Below, piece after piece: positions 28,395 to 37,471 of a stretch of DNA of 64,000 nt. Source of the stretch: Gemmatimonadota bacterium (GTDB lineage Bacteria; Gemmatimonadota; Gemmatimonadetes; Palauibacterales; KS3-K002); the NCBI GenBank assembly GCA_039586575.1, contig JBDHKD010000002.1:1128-65127 (forward strand). Direction: 5' to 3'. Position 1 is the stretch's first letter. Each line of letters opens with the position of its first letter. The notes beneath the pieces were generated by a model, which ran no database searches, had not been told where the DNA came from, and saw nothing but the letters and a program-made list of their open reading frames with translations. The position numbers were made by a program, and so were the translations under genes.

Positions 28395-29186
28395 ATGACT
28401 CTGCAAGCGTTGATCGTCGCAGCGGCCCTCCTGCTCGTTCTCGTCGCAGCGGTTGTCGTCTTCATCGGCTGGGCGGTACGCTGGGGCGCGACCCCTGAGG
28501 AGTGCTCGATGCGCATGCCAGGCGACGGATACTTCACGGGTGTTTCCCCGGCGTACGTGGCGATGACCCGCGCCATATCTATTGCGGCCCCAACCGAGAC
28601 CGTCTGGCCGTGGTTGGCTCAGCTGGGCCGTGGCGCCGGCTGGTACAGCATCGACCGCTTGGACAACGGCGGCAAAATGTCGGCGCGACACATCCTCTCC
28701 TGGGTCCCGCCGCCTCGCGAAGGCGATGCGACGCCCATCGGATATTTGCGTCATATTATGCCCGGGCGCGAGCTCACCTGGTGGTTGCCCGGCACGCGCT
28801 CTCTCGGCAGCACGGCGCGCTTGGCCGTCGACATCCGCCTGAGTCCCGAGAACGACGGGTCGCGCCTGGTGATCCGGATGTCCGGAGATGCCGCGGGGGG
28901 CATGCCGCGCATGGTGATCTGGGTCTTCAGGTTCATCGACAGCATCATGGCCATCCGCCAGCTCCTCGGCATCAAGGAGCGCGTCGAGCAGCACGCGGCG
29001 CGCACCTCCGATCCCGAGCACCCGGAGAGCGGGTCGCGCGACCAGTACCAGCTCTACGAAGTGGTTTATGCTTCGGGCGAAAGGGCGGGGACCCCGGGAA
29101 AGGAGCACGCCGAGCAGTGGCATCGCGCGGCTGTGACAGCCGGGCTTGTAACCGTCGACGGCGAGGAGAGGAACAACAAGGGCTGA
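28395..29186 (+). CDS. SRPBCC (START/Bet v1-like) family protein with N-terminal membrane anchor (263 aa)
   Basis: N-terminal TM helix (ALIVAAALLLVLVAAVVVFIGWAV) followed by a helix-grip-like domain; family call from pattern memory only. Confidence 0.45.
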   Translation: MTLQALIVAAALLLVLVAAVVVFIGWAVRWGATPEECSMRMPGDGYFTGVSPAYVAMTRAISIAAPTETVWPWLAQLGRGAGWYSIDRLDNGGKMSARHILSWVPPPREGDATPIGYLRHIMPGRELTWWLPGTRSLGSTARLAVDIRLSPENDGSRLVIRMSGDAAGGMPRMVIWVFRFIDSIMAIRQLLGIKERVEQHAARTSDPEHPESGSRDQYQLYEVVYASGERAGTPGKEHAEQWHRAAVTAGLVTVDGEERNNKG

Positions 29187-29199
29187 TCAGCCCGAGTGA

Positions 29200-29520
29200 C
29201 GTGGGGGGCTTTTATGGTGTCACGGGCACCGCTACCCTTTGAAGACGTTCAAAGGGCTGACGGACCAAACGCTCGAATGGCAAACGGGGAAGCTTCAGGA
29301 GCTGGAGACCGGCCGCGATCGATACACCGTTTATCTGCGCCCCGAGCTTGTAGTGGAAATCGCCTTCAATGATATTCAGGCCAGCCCCAAGTATCCGGGC
29401 GGCTTGGCGCTGCGCTTTGCCCGGCTCAAGCGCTAGCGGCCGGACAGGCGCCCCGAACATGCCGACACTATCGAGACGGTTCGGGCGATTCACGAGGGTC
29501 GGCGCGGCCACAGCTGAGGC
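29200..29520 (+). pseudogene. Displaced, diverged 3' fragment of an ATP-dependent DNA ligase gene (OB-domain C-terminus) with internal TAG stop
   Basis: The fragment translates to …[85 protein letters not shown]. This is about 75% identical to residues about 425-508 of the intact ligase ([84 protein letters not shown]). Confidence 0.75.
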
Positions 29521-29541
29521 CGACCTCGCATTCTCAGCCGA

Positions 29542-30648
29542 ATGACGACGCTCTTCCCCACGGTCTACGCCGAGAAGAACCGCTCCACGTTCTTCGACGT
29601 GGCGGGAACCCTCATCACGGTCAGCTATGATCTGATCGAACGGAAGCGCTGGTTCTTGTTTCCCAGCCCGGCGCTGGCTCGCGTCCTGATCAATATCGGC
29701 GACGGTGAGTCGCTGATGTCCCACGAATACTCGGTGCCCAGGAACCGCCGGGTCGGTCCGGAGATCGCCGGCGTCGAACGAGGCCTGTACAGGCTCCTGG
29801 ATGATGCCGTCTGCACGACGATGCAGATCAAAGCACTCGAGGCCGCGGAAAGGGAAGTGCAGGCCCTGGAAGCCGAGCACCTGTTCGAAGGTGGAAGTGG
29901 AAGTGGCTCCCGCGAGCAGCCCGCCGACGCCGCAGCTGCGCGACGGGCGTGGGAGCAGAGACTGCTGGAAGAGTTGATCGACCGATTGATTACGGCGTTG
30001 CGCCACGTCACCAACGTGACATCACTCACCCCCGAGGGGCTCGAAGCCCATCAACGCGACCGTTCCCAGGCGCTGGAGCGCGTCGTTCAATCGACGACTC
30101 TCGCCTCGGTCCTCGAGGCGCAGGGCGTGCTGAGTGCGGTGGAGACGTTTCTGGCCCACGAGGTCGAGACGACGACCGATGTGAATGTGCTCAGGGATAG
30201 GACGCTGGACTATCTGGAGCGGCTGCACGAGAGGAGCGGTCGCGGGGCACCGGCGCTCAGTTACCCGCAAGCGCACATTATCACCAACGAGTTCGTGCCT
30301 GCCTTCGTGGAGATGAAGAAGGAATACGATGCGGCCAGCTCTGTCCCTTCCAACATCGTCGAGCATGCCTTCGGCAGCTTCTTCGGTGGAGGCATAGCCG
30401 GTTGGCTGACGCTCTCGCTATTCGGGGAAGCCGTGATCAGAGGCCTGACCGGGATGTATGTGGATATACCCGGTTGGTATATCGGCGCCGCGGTGGCTTT
30501 CGTTTGGCCTTACCTCAAGGCGAGCCTCGGGATGACCAGGCGCGAAAGGCAATACGAGAAGCGACGTCAGAAGCTCTTGCGGAGACTCGGCAAGCGGCTC
30601 GAGCTCGTCTGGCCGGAAAGCGGCTCGCGGTCTGTGCCCCCCTCCTAG
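29542..30648 (+). CDS. Hypothetical protein: N-terminal globular region, central coiled coil, C-terminal Gly-rich two-TM hairpin (368 aa)
   Basis: Clean ORF with no similarity I can recall; C-terminus FGSFFGGGIAGWLTLSLFGEAVIRGLTGMYVDIPGWYIGAAVAFVWPYL predicts two TM helices; ends with a basic tail. Confidence 0.5.
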   Translation: MTTLFPTVYAEKNRSTFFDVAGTLITVSYDLIERKRWFLFPSPALARVLINIGDGESLMSHEYSVPRNRRVGPEIAGVERGLYRLLDDAVCTTMQIKALEAAEREVQALEAEHLFEGGSGSGSREQPADAAAARRAWEQRLLEELIDRLITALRHVTNVTSLTPEGLEAHQRDRSQALERVVQSTTLASVLEAQGVLSAVETFLAHEVETTTDVNVLRDRTLDYLERLHERSGRGAPALSYPQAHIITNEFVPAFVEMKKEYDAASSVPSNIVEHAFGSFFGGGIAGWLTLSLFGEAVIRGLTGMYVDIPGWYIGAAVAFVWPYLKASLGMTRRERQYEKRRQKLLRRLGKRLELVWPESGSRSVPPS

Positions 30649-30938
30649 GGCATCACGGCGCGCGAGCGGATGTAGGCCTCGAGCTCGCGCGCCGGCCTGA
30701 ACCACTCGCCACGCACATGGGCATCCTTGAACGTGTTGTGCAGCTCGCGCACGAGAGCCTTCGAGTTCCGCGCCCCGATCACCCCGAGTAGCTTCAATTC
30801 GGCTGGGTTGCCGGACTGCAGCTCTTGCAGCTGTGTCTCGAGCCGCCGCCTGCGGGCGATGCCGATCTTGATCTCGCCGCCGCGCATGTCGCGAACGAAG
30901 TAGGCGTATCTCATCAGATCATAATACCTCTGGAACAA
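30645..30938 (-). CDS. T5orf172/MUG113 (GIY-YIG superfamily) domain protein, 97 aa
   Basis: Pattern …GEIKIGIARRRRLETQLQELQSGNPAELKLLGVIGARNSKALVRELHNTFKDAHVRGEWFR matches the phage T5 Orf172 domain signature (KIGit.…R...LQtGNP..L.L…..LE..LH..F…GEWF); 4-nt convergent overlap with the preceding gene. Confidence 0.65.
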   Translation of the reverse strand: MFQRYYDLMRYAYFVRDMRGGEIKIGIARRRRLETQLQELQSGNPAELKLLGVIGARNSKALVRELHNTFKDAHVRGEWFRPARELEAYIRSRAVMP

Positions 30939-31152
30939 CCTGCAGAGCGAGTCCGGAGCCTGTGGGATCGAGAATCTAGCTCATGGAGAAGGTGGCGGAA
31001 ACGACGACGCACGTAGCGTGGCACTCCTACACAATGTAGGTGCCACCCCGGTGGCAATCAGCGGGCGGTGGCGACAGAGCGAATTCGCTTGCGCTCGCAT
31101 TCCCGCGGCCTTTACTTGAAAGGTAGCAGGAGTCCCGGCCCAGGAGATTGCC

Positions 31153-31617
31153 ATGTCCATCGAGGTCACGAGTAGCGCCTTCGAAGACGGCGGCTTCATC
31201 CCGCCCCGCCACACCTGTCAGGGAGAGGACGTCTCACCGCCGCTCCACTGGAAGCACGTTCCCGCCGAGGCTCGGAGCCTGGCGCTCGTCTGCGATGACC
31301 CGGATGCGCCCGTCGGAACGTGGGTCCACTGGGTGCTCTACGACGTTCCGCCTGCCTTCTCGGAGCTGCCCGAAGGGATTCCGCCCACGGAGATCACACC
31401 CGACGGCGCCAAGCAGGGGCTCAACGATTTCCGGCGCCTCGGCTACGGCGGTCCCTGCCCACCGCCCGGTGCGGCGCACCGCTACTTCTTCAAGCTGTAC
31501 GCGCTGGACATCGAGCCGGGGCTGCCCGCCGGAGCGACGAAGGCCGACTTGCTGCGGGCGATGGAAGGGCACGTGTTGGCGGAGGGCCAGCTCGTCGGCC
31601 TGTACCAGAGGGGCTAG
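31153..31617 (+). CDS. YbhB/YbcL family Raf-kinase-inhibitor-like (PEBP) protein, 154 aa
   Basis: PEBP motifs (SPPLHW…CDDPDAP…WVHWVLYD…GYGGPCPPPG..HRYFFKLYALD). Confidence 0.85.
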   Translation: MSIEVTSSAFEDGGFIPPRHTCQGEDVSPPLHWKHVPAEARSLALVCDDPDAPVGTWVHWVLYDVPPAFSELPEGIPPTEITPDGAKQGLNDFRRLGYGGPCPPPGAAHRYFFKLYALDIEPGLPAGATKADLLRAMEGHVLAEGQLVGLYQRG

Positions 31618-32144
31618 CCGGGCACCCTGAGGATCGGCAGGTAGGCGCCCCAAGGGCCGACCTCCTCGCTGTACCCCTTGGCCATCACGCGAGCGATCTG
31701 GGCGATGTGTCCCAGATCGTGCACCGTCCAGGTCGCCAGTAGCTGCCGCAGCGTAACTCTTCCGAGCTCGGGGTGCGTGCTGGTCAACTCGAGCTGAGCC
31801 GGCTGGATGTTCAGTTCCTCGAGCGTCTGTAAGTTGCCGACACGCAGCGACTCGAACCTGTCCAGCAGTTCGGCCAGCGTCTTGCCGCGACTCTTCTCGA
31901 ACTGAGCAAAGCGGTCGAACGGGGTGAAGGTCTGCGATTCGCCCTGCTCGAGAATGATGCGGACACGCGTGATCCAGTCGGTTTCTTCGCCGTGGATCAG
32001 GTGTCCGACGATGTCGAACGGACACCAGGTATCCGGTCCGGCGTTGCTCGTGATCCACGCTTCCGACAGCCCGCCCAGCCAGGAGCGCAGCGTCGCTGGT
32101 GTCCCTCTCAGGATCTCGATCGTCCGACTTAGTTCAAACTCCAT
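31614..32144 (-). CDS. DinB/YfiT-like (DinB_2) metal-dependent hydrolase-fold protein, 176 aa
   Basis: Four-helix-bundle His motif pattern (…FDIVGHLIHGEETDWITR…WTVHDLGHIAQIARV…); 4-nt overlap with the PEBP gene end. Confidence 0.7.
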   Translation of the reverse strand: MEFELSRTIEILRGTPATLRSWLGGLSEAWITSNAGPDTWCPFDIVGHLIHGEETDWITRVRIILEQGESQTFTPFDRFAQFEKSRGKTLAELLDRFESLRVGNLQTLEELNIQPAQLELTSTHPELGRVTLRQLLATWTVHDLGHIAQIARVMAKGYSEEVGPWGAYLPILRVPG

Positions 32145-32299
32145 TGTGGGTCACCTCCAAGATGAACTCAGCGATCCCAGCCAAGGGAACTGGCTTGCTT
32201 TGGCCGGCGTTTCTAGGACAAGCGGGCGGACGGCAACCTGCAACCTTGTAATGCTTCGAAGCATCCAAGTAGATGAAGGGGCGGCCGAAACAAGCTACC

Positions 32300-32482
32300 G
32301 AGCCGCTCCGTAAGGTAGAAGTAGGGACCACTTAACGAAAACCAGGGTACAGGAGTCGTACCTATAGAGTAACGAGATAGAAGAGTTTCCTCCCTGTCCA
32401 GGTGGCACTGGACAGCAATCCTTCAAGAAACCCTACCAATAACTCCGCAACGCGATGGGGCCGGTGAAAGCCGGCCCCTTTT
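32300..32482 (+). ncRNA. Candidate small RNA: GC-poor ORF-free tract with an internal perfect hairpin (CTGTCCAG-GTGGCA-CTGGACAG, 32393-32414), ending in an intrinsic terminator (GGGGCCGG-TGAAAG-CCGGCCCC-TTTT, 32457-32482)
   Basis: The terminator polarity is plus-strand, whereas both flanking genes are on the minus strand; no ORF in any frame; local GC well below the genome average. The 5' end is unknown. Confidence 0.3.
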
Positions 32483-32502
32483 GCATGCGCGCTGGGCGCG
32501 GC

Positions 32503-32907
32503 TCAGTCCTTCGGCCCGCGCTTCAGTCGTCGCAGCAACCGCCGCTCCTTCTTGCTCGGCTTACCACCTTCCCGGAACTCGAAAGTCGGGGCAGCCCGGC
32601 GCTGAGCCTTGAGCTGCTCGCGGGCCTGCACGCTCTCCGCCGTCTCCTCGTAGAGCGTGGCGGCCTCGGCGGCCGGCCCCCTTAGCTCCGAGAGTCGCCG
32701 GACGATGAGCTGGTACTCGTGCGGGCCCTTGCGAACTCGCACCCTGTCGCCGACGTGCAGGTGAGAGGCACGCTTCGCACGCCGGCCGTTCACCTGTACC
32801 TTGCCGCCGCTGATGGCCCGCCCCGCCAGCGAGCGCGTCTTGAAGAAACGCGCCGCCCACAGCCACTTATCCAGCCGTACGGTCTCGGAACCACTCGATT
32901 CGCTCAT
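32503..32907 (-). CDS. hslR: Ribosome-associated heat-shock protein Hsp15 (S4 RNA-binding domain), 134 aa
   Basis: N-terminus VRLDKWLWAARFFKTRSLAGRAISGGKVQVNGRRAKRASHLHVGDRVRV is the Hsp15/S4 signature; basic C-terminal tail. Confidence 0.8.
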   Translation of the reverse strand: MSESSGSETVRLDKWLWAARFFKTRSLAGRAISGGKVQVNGRRAKRASHLHVGDRVRVRKGPHEYQLIVRRLSELRGPAAEAATLYEETAESVQAREQLKAQRRAAPTFEFREGGKPSKKERRLLRRLKRGPKD

Positions 32908-33074
32908 CCCCCCTCATGGTCGTCAGGACGCCGGCCTGACGCAATGGCGGGAGGGCCGCCTCGGTGTCCCCCCTTCCACATCACCCCGCTGTCTTTCATC
33001 TTTGGAAGTTTTTACCAGTACAAGAGTGGCGCGTTTCAGCACTTCGCGCCGGACAATTGAACGGAGAATCAGCG

Positions 33075-36000
33075 TTGAAACTCTCCGACACGGCAATTCG
33101 CCGGCCGGTTCTGGCTGCTATGATGAGCCTCGCGCTCGTCCTGTTCGGAGGGATCGGCTACTTCCGCCTCCCGGTGCGTGAGTTCCCCGATGTCGATGCG
33201 CCGATCGTCTCGGTCACCACGGTCCTGCGGGGTGCCAATCCCCGGGTGATCGAGTCGACGGTGACCGACATTCTGGAGGAGGAGCTCAGCACGATTCCGG
33301 GGCTGCGCACGCTGACCAGCTCGAGTGCCGAGCAGGTGAGCAATATCACCCTCGAGTTCACCCTGGATCGGGATATCGAGGCGTCGGCCCAGGACGTGCG
33401 CGACAAAGTCTCGCGGGTGCGCGGCCGGTTGCCCCAGGAGATCGAGGAGCCCGTCGTCACCAAACAGGACGCCGATGCCCAGCCGTTCTTCTGGCTCGCC
33501 TTGACCGCCGAGAACTACGACCTTCTTCAGTTGTCGGATATCGGGGACCGCGAAGTCAAGGCGCGCCTACAGACGTTGCCGGGCGTCGGGCGTGCGCAGG
33601 TCTTCGGTGAGCGCCGCTACTCGATGCGCATCTGGCTCGACCCGGCCGAGCTCTCAGCCCGCGGTCTCACCGTTCAGGACGTCGAGGCGGCGATTCGCAG
33701 TCGCAACGTCGAGATTCCCGCCGGTCGCATCGAGTCGGAGCGCCGCGAGTTCACCGTCCGCTCACTCGGCGAGCTGAAGACACCGGACGAGTTCGCCGAC
33801 CTTACCGTGTCGAGTCAGGGCGGGCAGCTGGTCAAGCTACGCGACCTCGCCCGGGTCGAGCTGGGGCCGGAGGACGAGCGCAGCTCGCTGCGCTTCAAAG
33901 GCACCTCCGCGGTCGCCATCGGTGTGGTCCGCCAGTCGAAGGCGAATCTGATCGAAGTATCGGACGCGATCCGCGGCGAGCTACCGGCGATCAACGCAGC
34001 GCTACCACCTGGCGTGGAGTTGGAAGTCGCCTTCGACTCTTCGATTTTCGTGCGGCGCTCGATTCAGGAGGCGCAGGAGACCCTGCTGCTCGCGGCGGTT
34101 CTTGTCGTACTGATCATCTTTTTCGCGCTGCGCAATCTAAAGGCGACCATCATCCCGGCGCTGGCGATTCCCACATCGATCGTCGCCGCCTTCGGTTTGA
34201 TGTACTTCTTCGGCTTCACTATCAACAACCTGACGCTGCTGGCTCTCATCCTGTCCATCGGTATCGTGGTGGATGACGCGATCATCGTCATGGAGAACGC
34301 GTACCGGCATCAGGAGGAACTCGGTGAGGACCCGGAGACGGCGGCGATCAAGGGCACGCGTGAGATCGCCTTCGCGGTGATCGCCACGACGGTGGCTCTG
34401 GTCGCCGTCTTCTCACCACTGGCGTTCCTGCGCGGTACGACCGGGCGGCTGTTCAACGAGTTCGGCATCGCTATGGCCGGCGCCGTCGTAATATCGAGCT
34501 TCATCGCGCTCACGCTGACCGCGATGACCAGCGCAAAGATCCTCAGGGTCCCCAAAAGCCACGGCCGCATCTTCATGGCGTTCGAAAAGGGGTTTGTCGG
34601 CCTCTCGGAGGGCTACGGCCGCTCGCTGGTCTGGGCCCTGAAGCGCCGTTGGTGGGTCGTGGGTGGTGCGGTGGGTGCCGTACTGCTGGCCATCGTCGTC
34701 TTCCGTGCTCTGGAGCGAGAGTTCGTTCCGCCCGAGGATCGCGGTTGGTTCGTGGTCATCACCGTGGCGCCGGAAGGAGCGACGCTTGCCTACACGGACG
34801 GTTATCAGCAACAGATCGAGGGCGTCCTCGGTAGGACCGAGGACATCGAGGCCTATTTCAGCGTCGTCGGCTTCGGCGGTCGCGTGAACAGCGGCATCAT
34901 CTTCACCCGGCTGACCGATTGGGAGGAGCGCGACCGCTCGGTACAGGAGATCATCGGCGAGATCCAACCGCAGTTCTTCGGGATACCCGGCGTCTTCGCT
35001 TTTGCCAACAACCCGCCGGCCTTCGGCTTCGGCAGCCCCGTTCAGTTCGTCGTGCGGCATCCCGACTTCGATTCGCTGGGGGCGGGTATGGAGCGGCTCG
35101 TGCCGCGCGCCCGCTCGATCAATGGGCTGATCAATATCGACACCAACCTGCGGGTCAACAAACCGGAGCTTACGGTGAGCTATGACCGTGACCGGGCTGA
35201 GGATTTGGGCGTTCAGATCCGCGATGTCTCAGGGGCGCTGCAGACCCTGCTGGGCAGTCGGCGCGTCAGTACCTTCACCCGCGCGAACAAGCTCTACGAT
35301 GTCATCGTGCAGCTCGATCCCGAGGCGCGCGCGACGCCGGGACAGATGACCGACCTCTATGTGCGCGGCCGCGACGGCGCTCTGATTCAGCTTGACGCCG
35401 TGACACGCGTAGAGGAGGGGGTCGGACCACGTCAGCTCAACCACTTCAATCGAGTCCGTTCGTTCACGTTGACCGCCAACCTGGCGCCGGGATTCGCACT
35501 CGGCGAGGCACTCGATTCCCTGAGTGTGGCGTCGGCCGAGGTGCTGCCGCCCGGCAGCAGCATCGCGCTGGCGGGCGAGTCGCGCGAGCTGGAGGAGAGC
35601 GGGAACGCACTCTACTTCGCCTTCGTTCTCGCGCTGATCGTCGTCTACATGGTTCTGGCGGCGCAGTTCGAGTCGCTGCTCCACCCGTTCACGGTGCTGC
35701 TCTCGGTGCCGCTGGCGGTGACCGGTGCCCTCCTGGCCCTGCTGCTCGCCGGCTCCACGCTAAACCTGTACAGCCAGATCGGGATGATCCTGCTGATCGG
35801 CATCGTGAGTAAGAACTCTATCCTGCTGGTCGAGTACGCTAACCAGCTCAAGGCCAAAGGGATGGCCTCAGCGGAAGCGATGCTCGAGTCGGGCCGCATT
35901 CGACTGCGTCCGATTCTGATGACGGCGACGGCGACGGTGTTCGGGGCGATGCCCATCGCCCTCGGCCTCGGTGCCGGCTCGGCAAGTCGCAGGCCGCTAG

Positions 36001-36140
36001 GCTACGCCATCGTCGGCGGACTTTTGTTCTCCACTGTTCTGACCCTGTACCTGGTGCCCGTCGTGTACGTGCTCTTGGACGCGCTCAAGGAGCGGCTGGC
36101 GCGACGCGCACCCCAGCTCGAAACGGTTGAGGCACAATGA
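33075..36140 (+). CDS. RND superfamily efflux permease (AcrB-like), about 1021 aa
   Basis: TTG start at 33075 preceded by GGAGAA (ATG at 33121 is the alternative); 12-TM/2-loop organisation; motifs VVDDAIIVMEN and GAMPIALGLG. Confidence 0.9.
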   Translation: MKLSDTAIRRPVLAAMMSLALVLFGGIGYFRLPVREFPDVDAPIVSVTTVLRGANPRVIESTVTDILEEELSTIPGLRTLTSSSAEQVSNITLEFTLDRDIEASAQDVRDKVSRVRGRLPQEIEEPVVTKQDADAQPFFWLALTAENYDLLQLSDIGDREVKARLQTLPGVGRAQVFGERRYSMRIWLDPAELSARGLTVQDVEAAIRSRNVEIPAGRIESERREFTVRSLGELKTPDEFADLTVSSQGGQLVKLRDLARVELGPEDERSSLRFKGTSAVAIGVVRQSKANLIEVSDAIRGELPAINAALPPGVELEVAFDSSIFVRRSIQEAQETLLLAAVLVVLIIFFALRNLKATIIPALAIPTSIVAAFGLMYFFGFTINNLTLLALILSIGIVVDDAIIVMENAYRHQEELGEDPETAAIKGTREIAFAVIATTVALVAVFSPLAFLRGTTGRLFNEFGIAMAGAVVISSFIALTLTAMTSAKILRVPKSHGRIFMAFEKGFVGLSEGYGRSLVWALKRRWWVVGGAVGAVLLAIVVFRALEREFVPPEDRGWFVVITVAPEGATLAYTDGYQQQIEGVLGRTEDIEAYFSVVGFGGRVNSGIIFTRLTDWEERDRSVQEIIGEIQPQFFGIPGVFAFANNPPAFGFGSPVQFVVRHPDFDSLGAGMERLVPRARSINGLINIDTNLRVNKPELTVSYDRDRAEDLGVQIRDVSGALQTLLGSRRVSTFTRANKLYDVIVQLDPEARATPGQMTDLYVRGRDGALIQLDAVTRVEEGVGPRQLNHFNRVRSFTLTANLAPGFALGEALDSLSVASAEVLPPGSSIALAGESRELEESGNALYFAFVLALIVVYMVLAAQFESLLHPFTVLLSVPLAVTGALLALLLAGSTLNLYSQIGMILLIGIVSKNSILLVEYANQLKAKGMASAEAMLESGRIRLRPILMTATATVFGAMPIALGLGAGSASRRPLGYAIVGGLLFSTVLTLYLVPVVYVLLDALKERLARRAPQLETVEAQ

Positions 36141-37471
36141 TTGTCGCGCTCCTCGCGTTATTTCAGCTGACCGCCATCGACGCGGTCGAGCAAGCGGCGA
36201 CGCAGCACCCGGCGCCGATCGTTCGGGCCGACACAGTCCCGACCGTCACACTCGCGCAGGCGTTGCAGGCGGCCGCGCAGCTCGATCCAGACTATGTCGC
36301 GGCGCTCGGCGAGATCAGCAACGCTCGTTGGGTCAGGCGCTCGGCCTACGCCGTCTTCGTCTTGCCATCGGTCTCCATCTCCACGTCGCTGACCAAAGCG
36401 TCCGAGCAGTTCTTCAACCTCGGTACGGGCACGCTCGCCGACCAGATCGTCGATGCGCGCGTTGAGGCGCGCTACAACCTGTTCCGCGGCGGCGCGAAGC
36501 TCTTCGAGCTGCAGCGAGCACGCGCCGAGATGGCAGGCGCCGAGGCCAACGAACTCCAGGCGCGCTTCAACACGGCGGTGCAGACCGAGGCCGACTTCTA
36601 CAGCGTGCTGGCCGAGCGGGAGCTGACACGTGTCGCGGCAGAGCGCGTCGGCCGTGCCGAGGAGCAGCTCGCCGTTGCACGCGCCCGCGTCGTCTCGGGT
36701 GCCGCGGTGCAGACGGATTCGCTGCAGCTGCTGCTCGAGCTGACGCGCGCCAACGTCGACCTACTGCGCCAGCGCGCGAGCTTGCGGGTGGCTCAGGTGC
36801 AGCTGGGCCGGCGCGTGGGGATCGCCGGCCCGGTGGACGCGCTGTCGCGGGATACGCTGCCGGCGCTGGAGCTTCCGATCAGCGAAGACAGCGCCGTTGC
36901 GGAAGCGCTGGGGCAGGGCCCAGCCTATCGTGTGGCGCTGGCGGATGAGCAGGCGGCGAGCGCTGCGGCCAAGGCTGCCTACGGCAGCTTCATTCCACAG
37001 GTAGACCTGTTCGCGTCCTGGCAGGGCTTCGACGAAAACTACTTTCCGGAGGCCGCAACGCGCACGGTGTGGGGCTTTCAGATCAGCCTGCCGGTTTGGA
37101 ACAACGGGCAGCGCGAGATCGCGCTGACACGGGCGCGGACGAACCGTGATGTGGCACGCGCCGTTCTACGTGACACCGAGCTCGCCGTGCGACGCGATGC
37201 GATCGAGGCCTACCAGGTCTACGAGACGGCGCGTGCCAGCGCCGAGCTGGCGCGACAGGCCGTGATCGTGGCGCAGGAGAACCTGGAAGTGCAGGAGACG
37301 CGTTACCGTGCCGGCGCGACCACGATTCTGGACCTGCTTTCGGCCCAAGTCTCGCTGTCCGAGGCGGAAGCTGGTCTGGTGCAAGCGCGCTACTCGACGC
37401 GGTTGGCGCTGGCCGGGCTGGAGGCGATCTTGGGACGGCGGCTATTCACAGATAGAGGTCGGCAAAGGTGA
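36137..37471 (+). CDS. Outer-membrane efflux protein (TolC/OprM-family OMF), 444 aa
   Basis: ATGA overlap with the permease; two-repeat alpha-barrel pattern with coiled-coil segments and the TolC-family C-terminus (…RYRAGATTILDLLSAQVSLSEAEAGLVQARYSTRLALAGLE…). Confidence 0.8.
   Translation: MIVALLALFQLTAIDAVEQAATQHPAPIVRADTVPTVTLAQALQAAAQLDPDYVAALGEISNARWVRRSAYAVFVLPSVSISTSLTKASEQFFNLGTGTLADQIVDARVEARYNLFRGGAKLFELQRARAEMAGAEANELQARFNTAVQTEADFYSVLAERELTRVAAERVGRAEEQLAVARARVVSGAAVQTDSLQLLLELTRANVDLLRQRASLRVAQVQLGRRVGIAGPVDALSRDTLPALELPISEDSAVAEALGQGPAYRVALADEQAASAAAKAAYGSFIPQVDLFASWQGFDENYFPEAATRTVWGFQISLPVWNNGQREIALTRARTNRDVARAVLRDTELAVRRDAIEAYQVYETARASAELARQAVIVAQENLEVQETRYRAGATTILDLLSAQVSLSEAEAGLVQARYSTRLALAGLEAILGRRLFTDRGRQR

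Noticed and set aside
28364-29239. Interpreting the ligase 3' duplication as a classical integrase-mediated island bounded by att repeats
   Set aside because: The duplicated segments are about 300 nt and only about 75% identical. Only one cargo gene lies between them, and no integrase is present in the window. It is recorded as a recombination or insertion scar, not a defined mobile element.
31019-31035. TGGCAC motifs at 31019 and 32402 as possible sigma-54 -24 boxes
   Set aside because: No TTGC-like -12 element at the required 5-nt spacing at either site.
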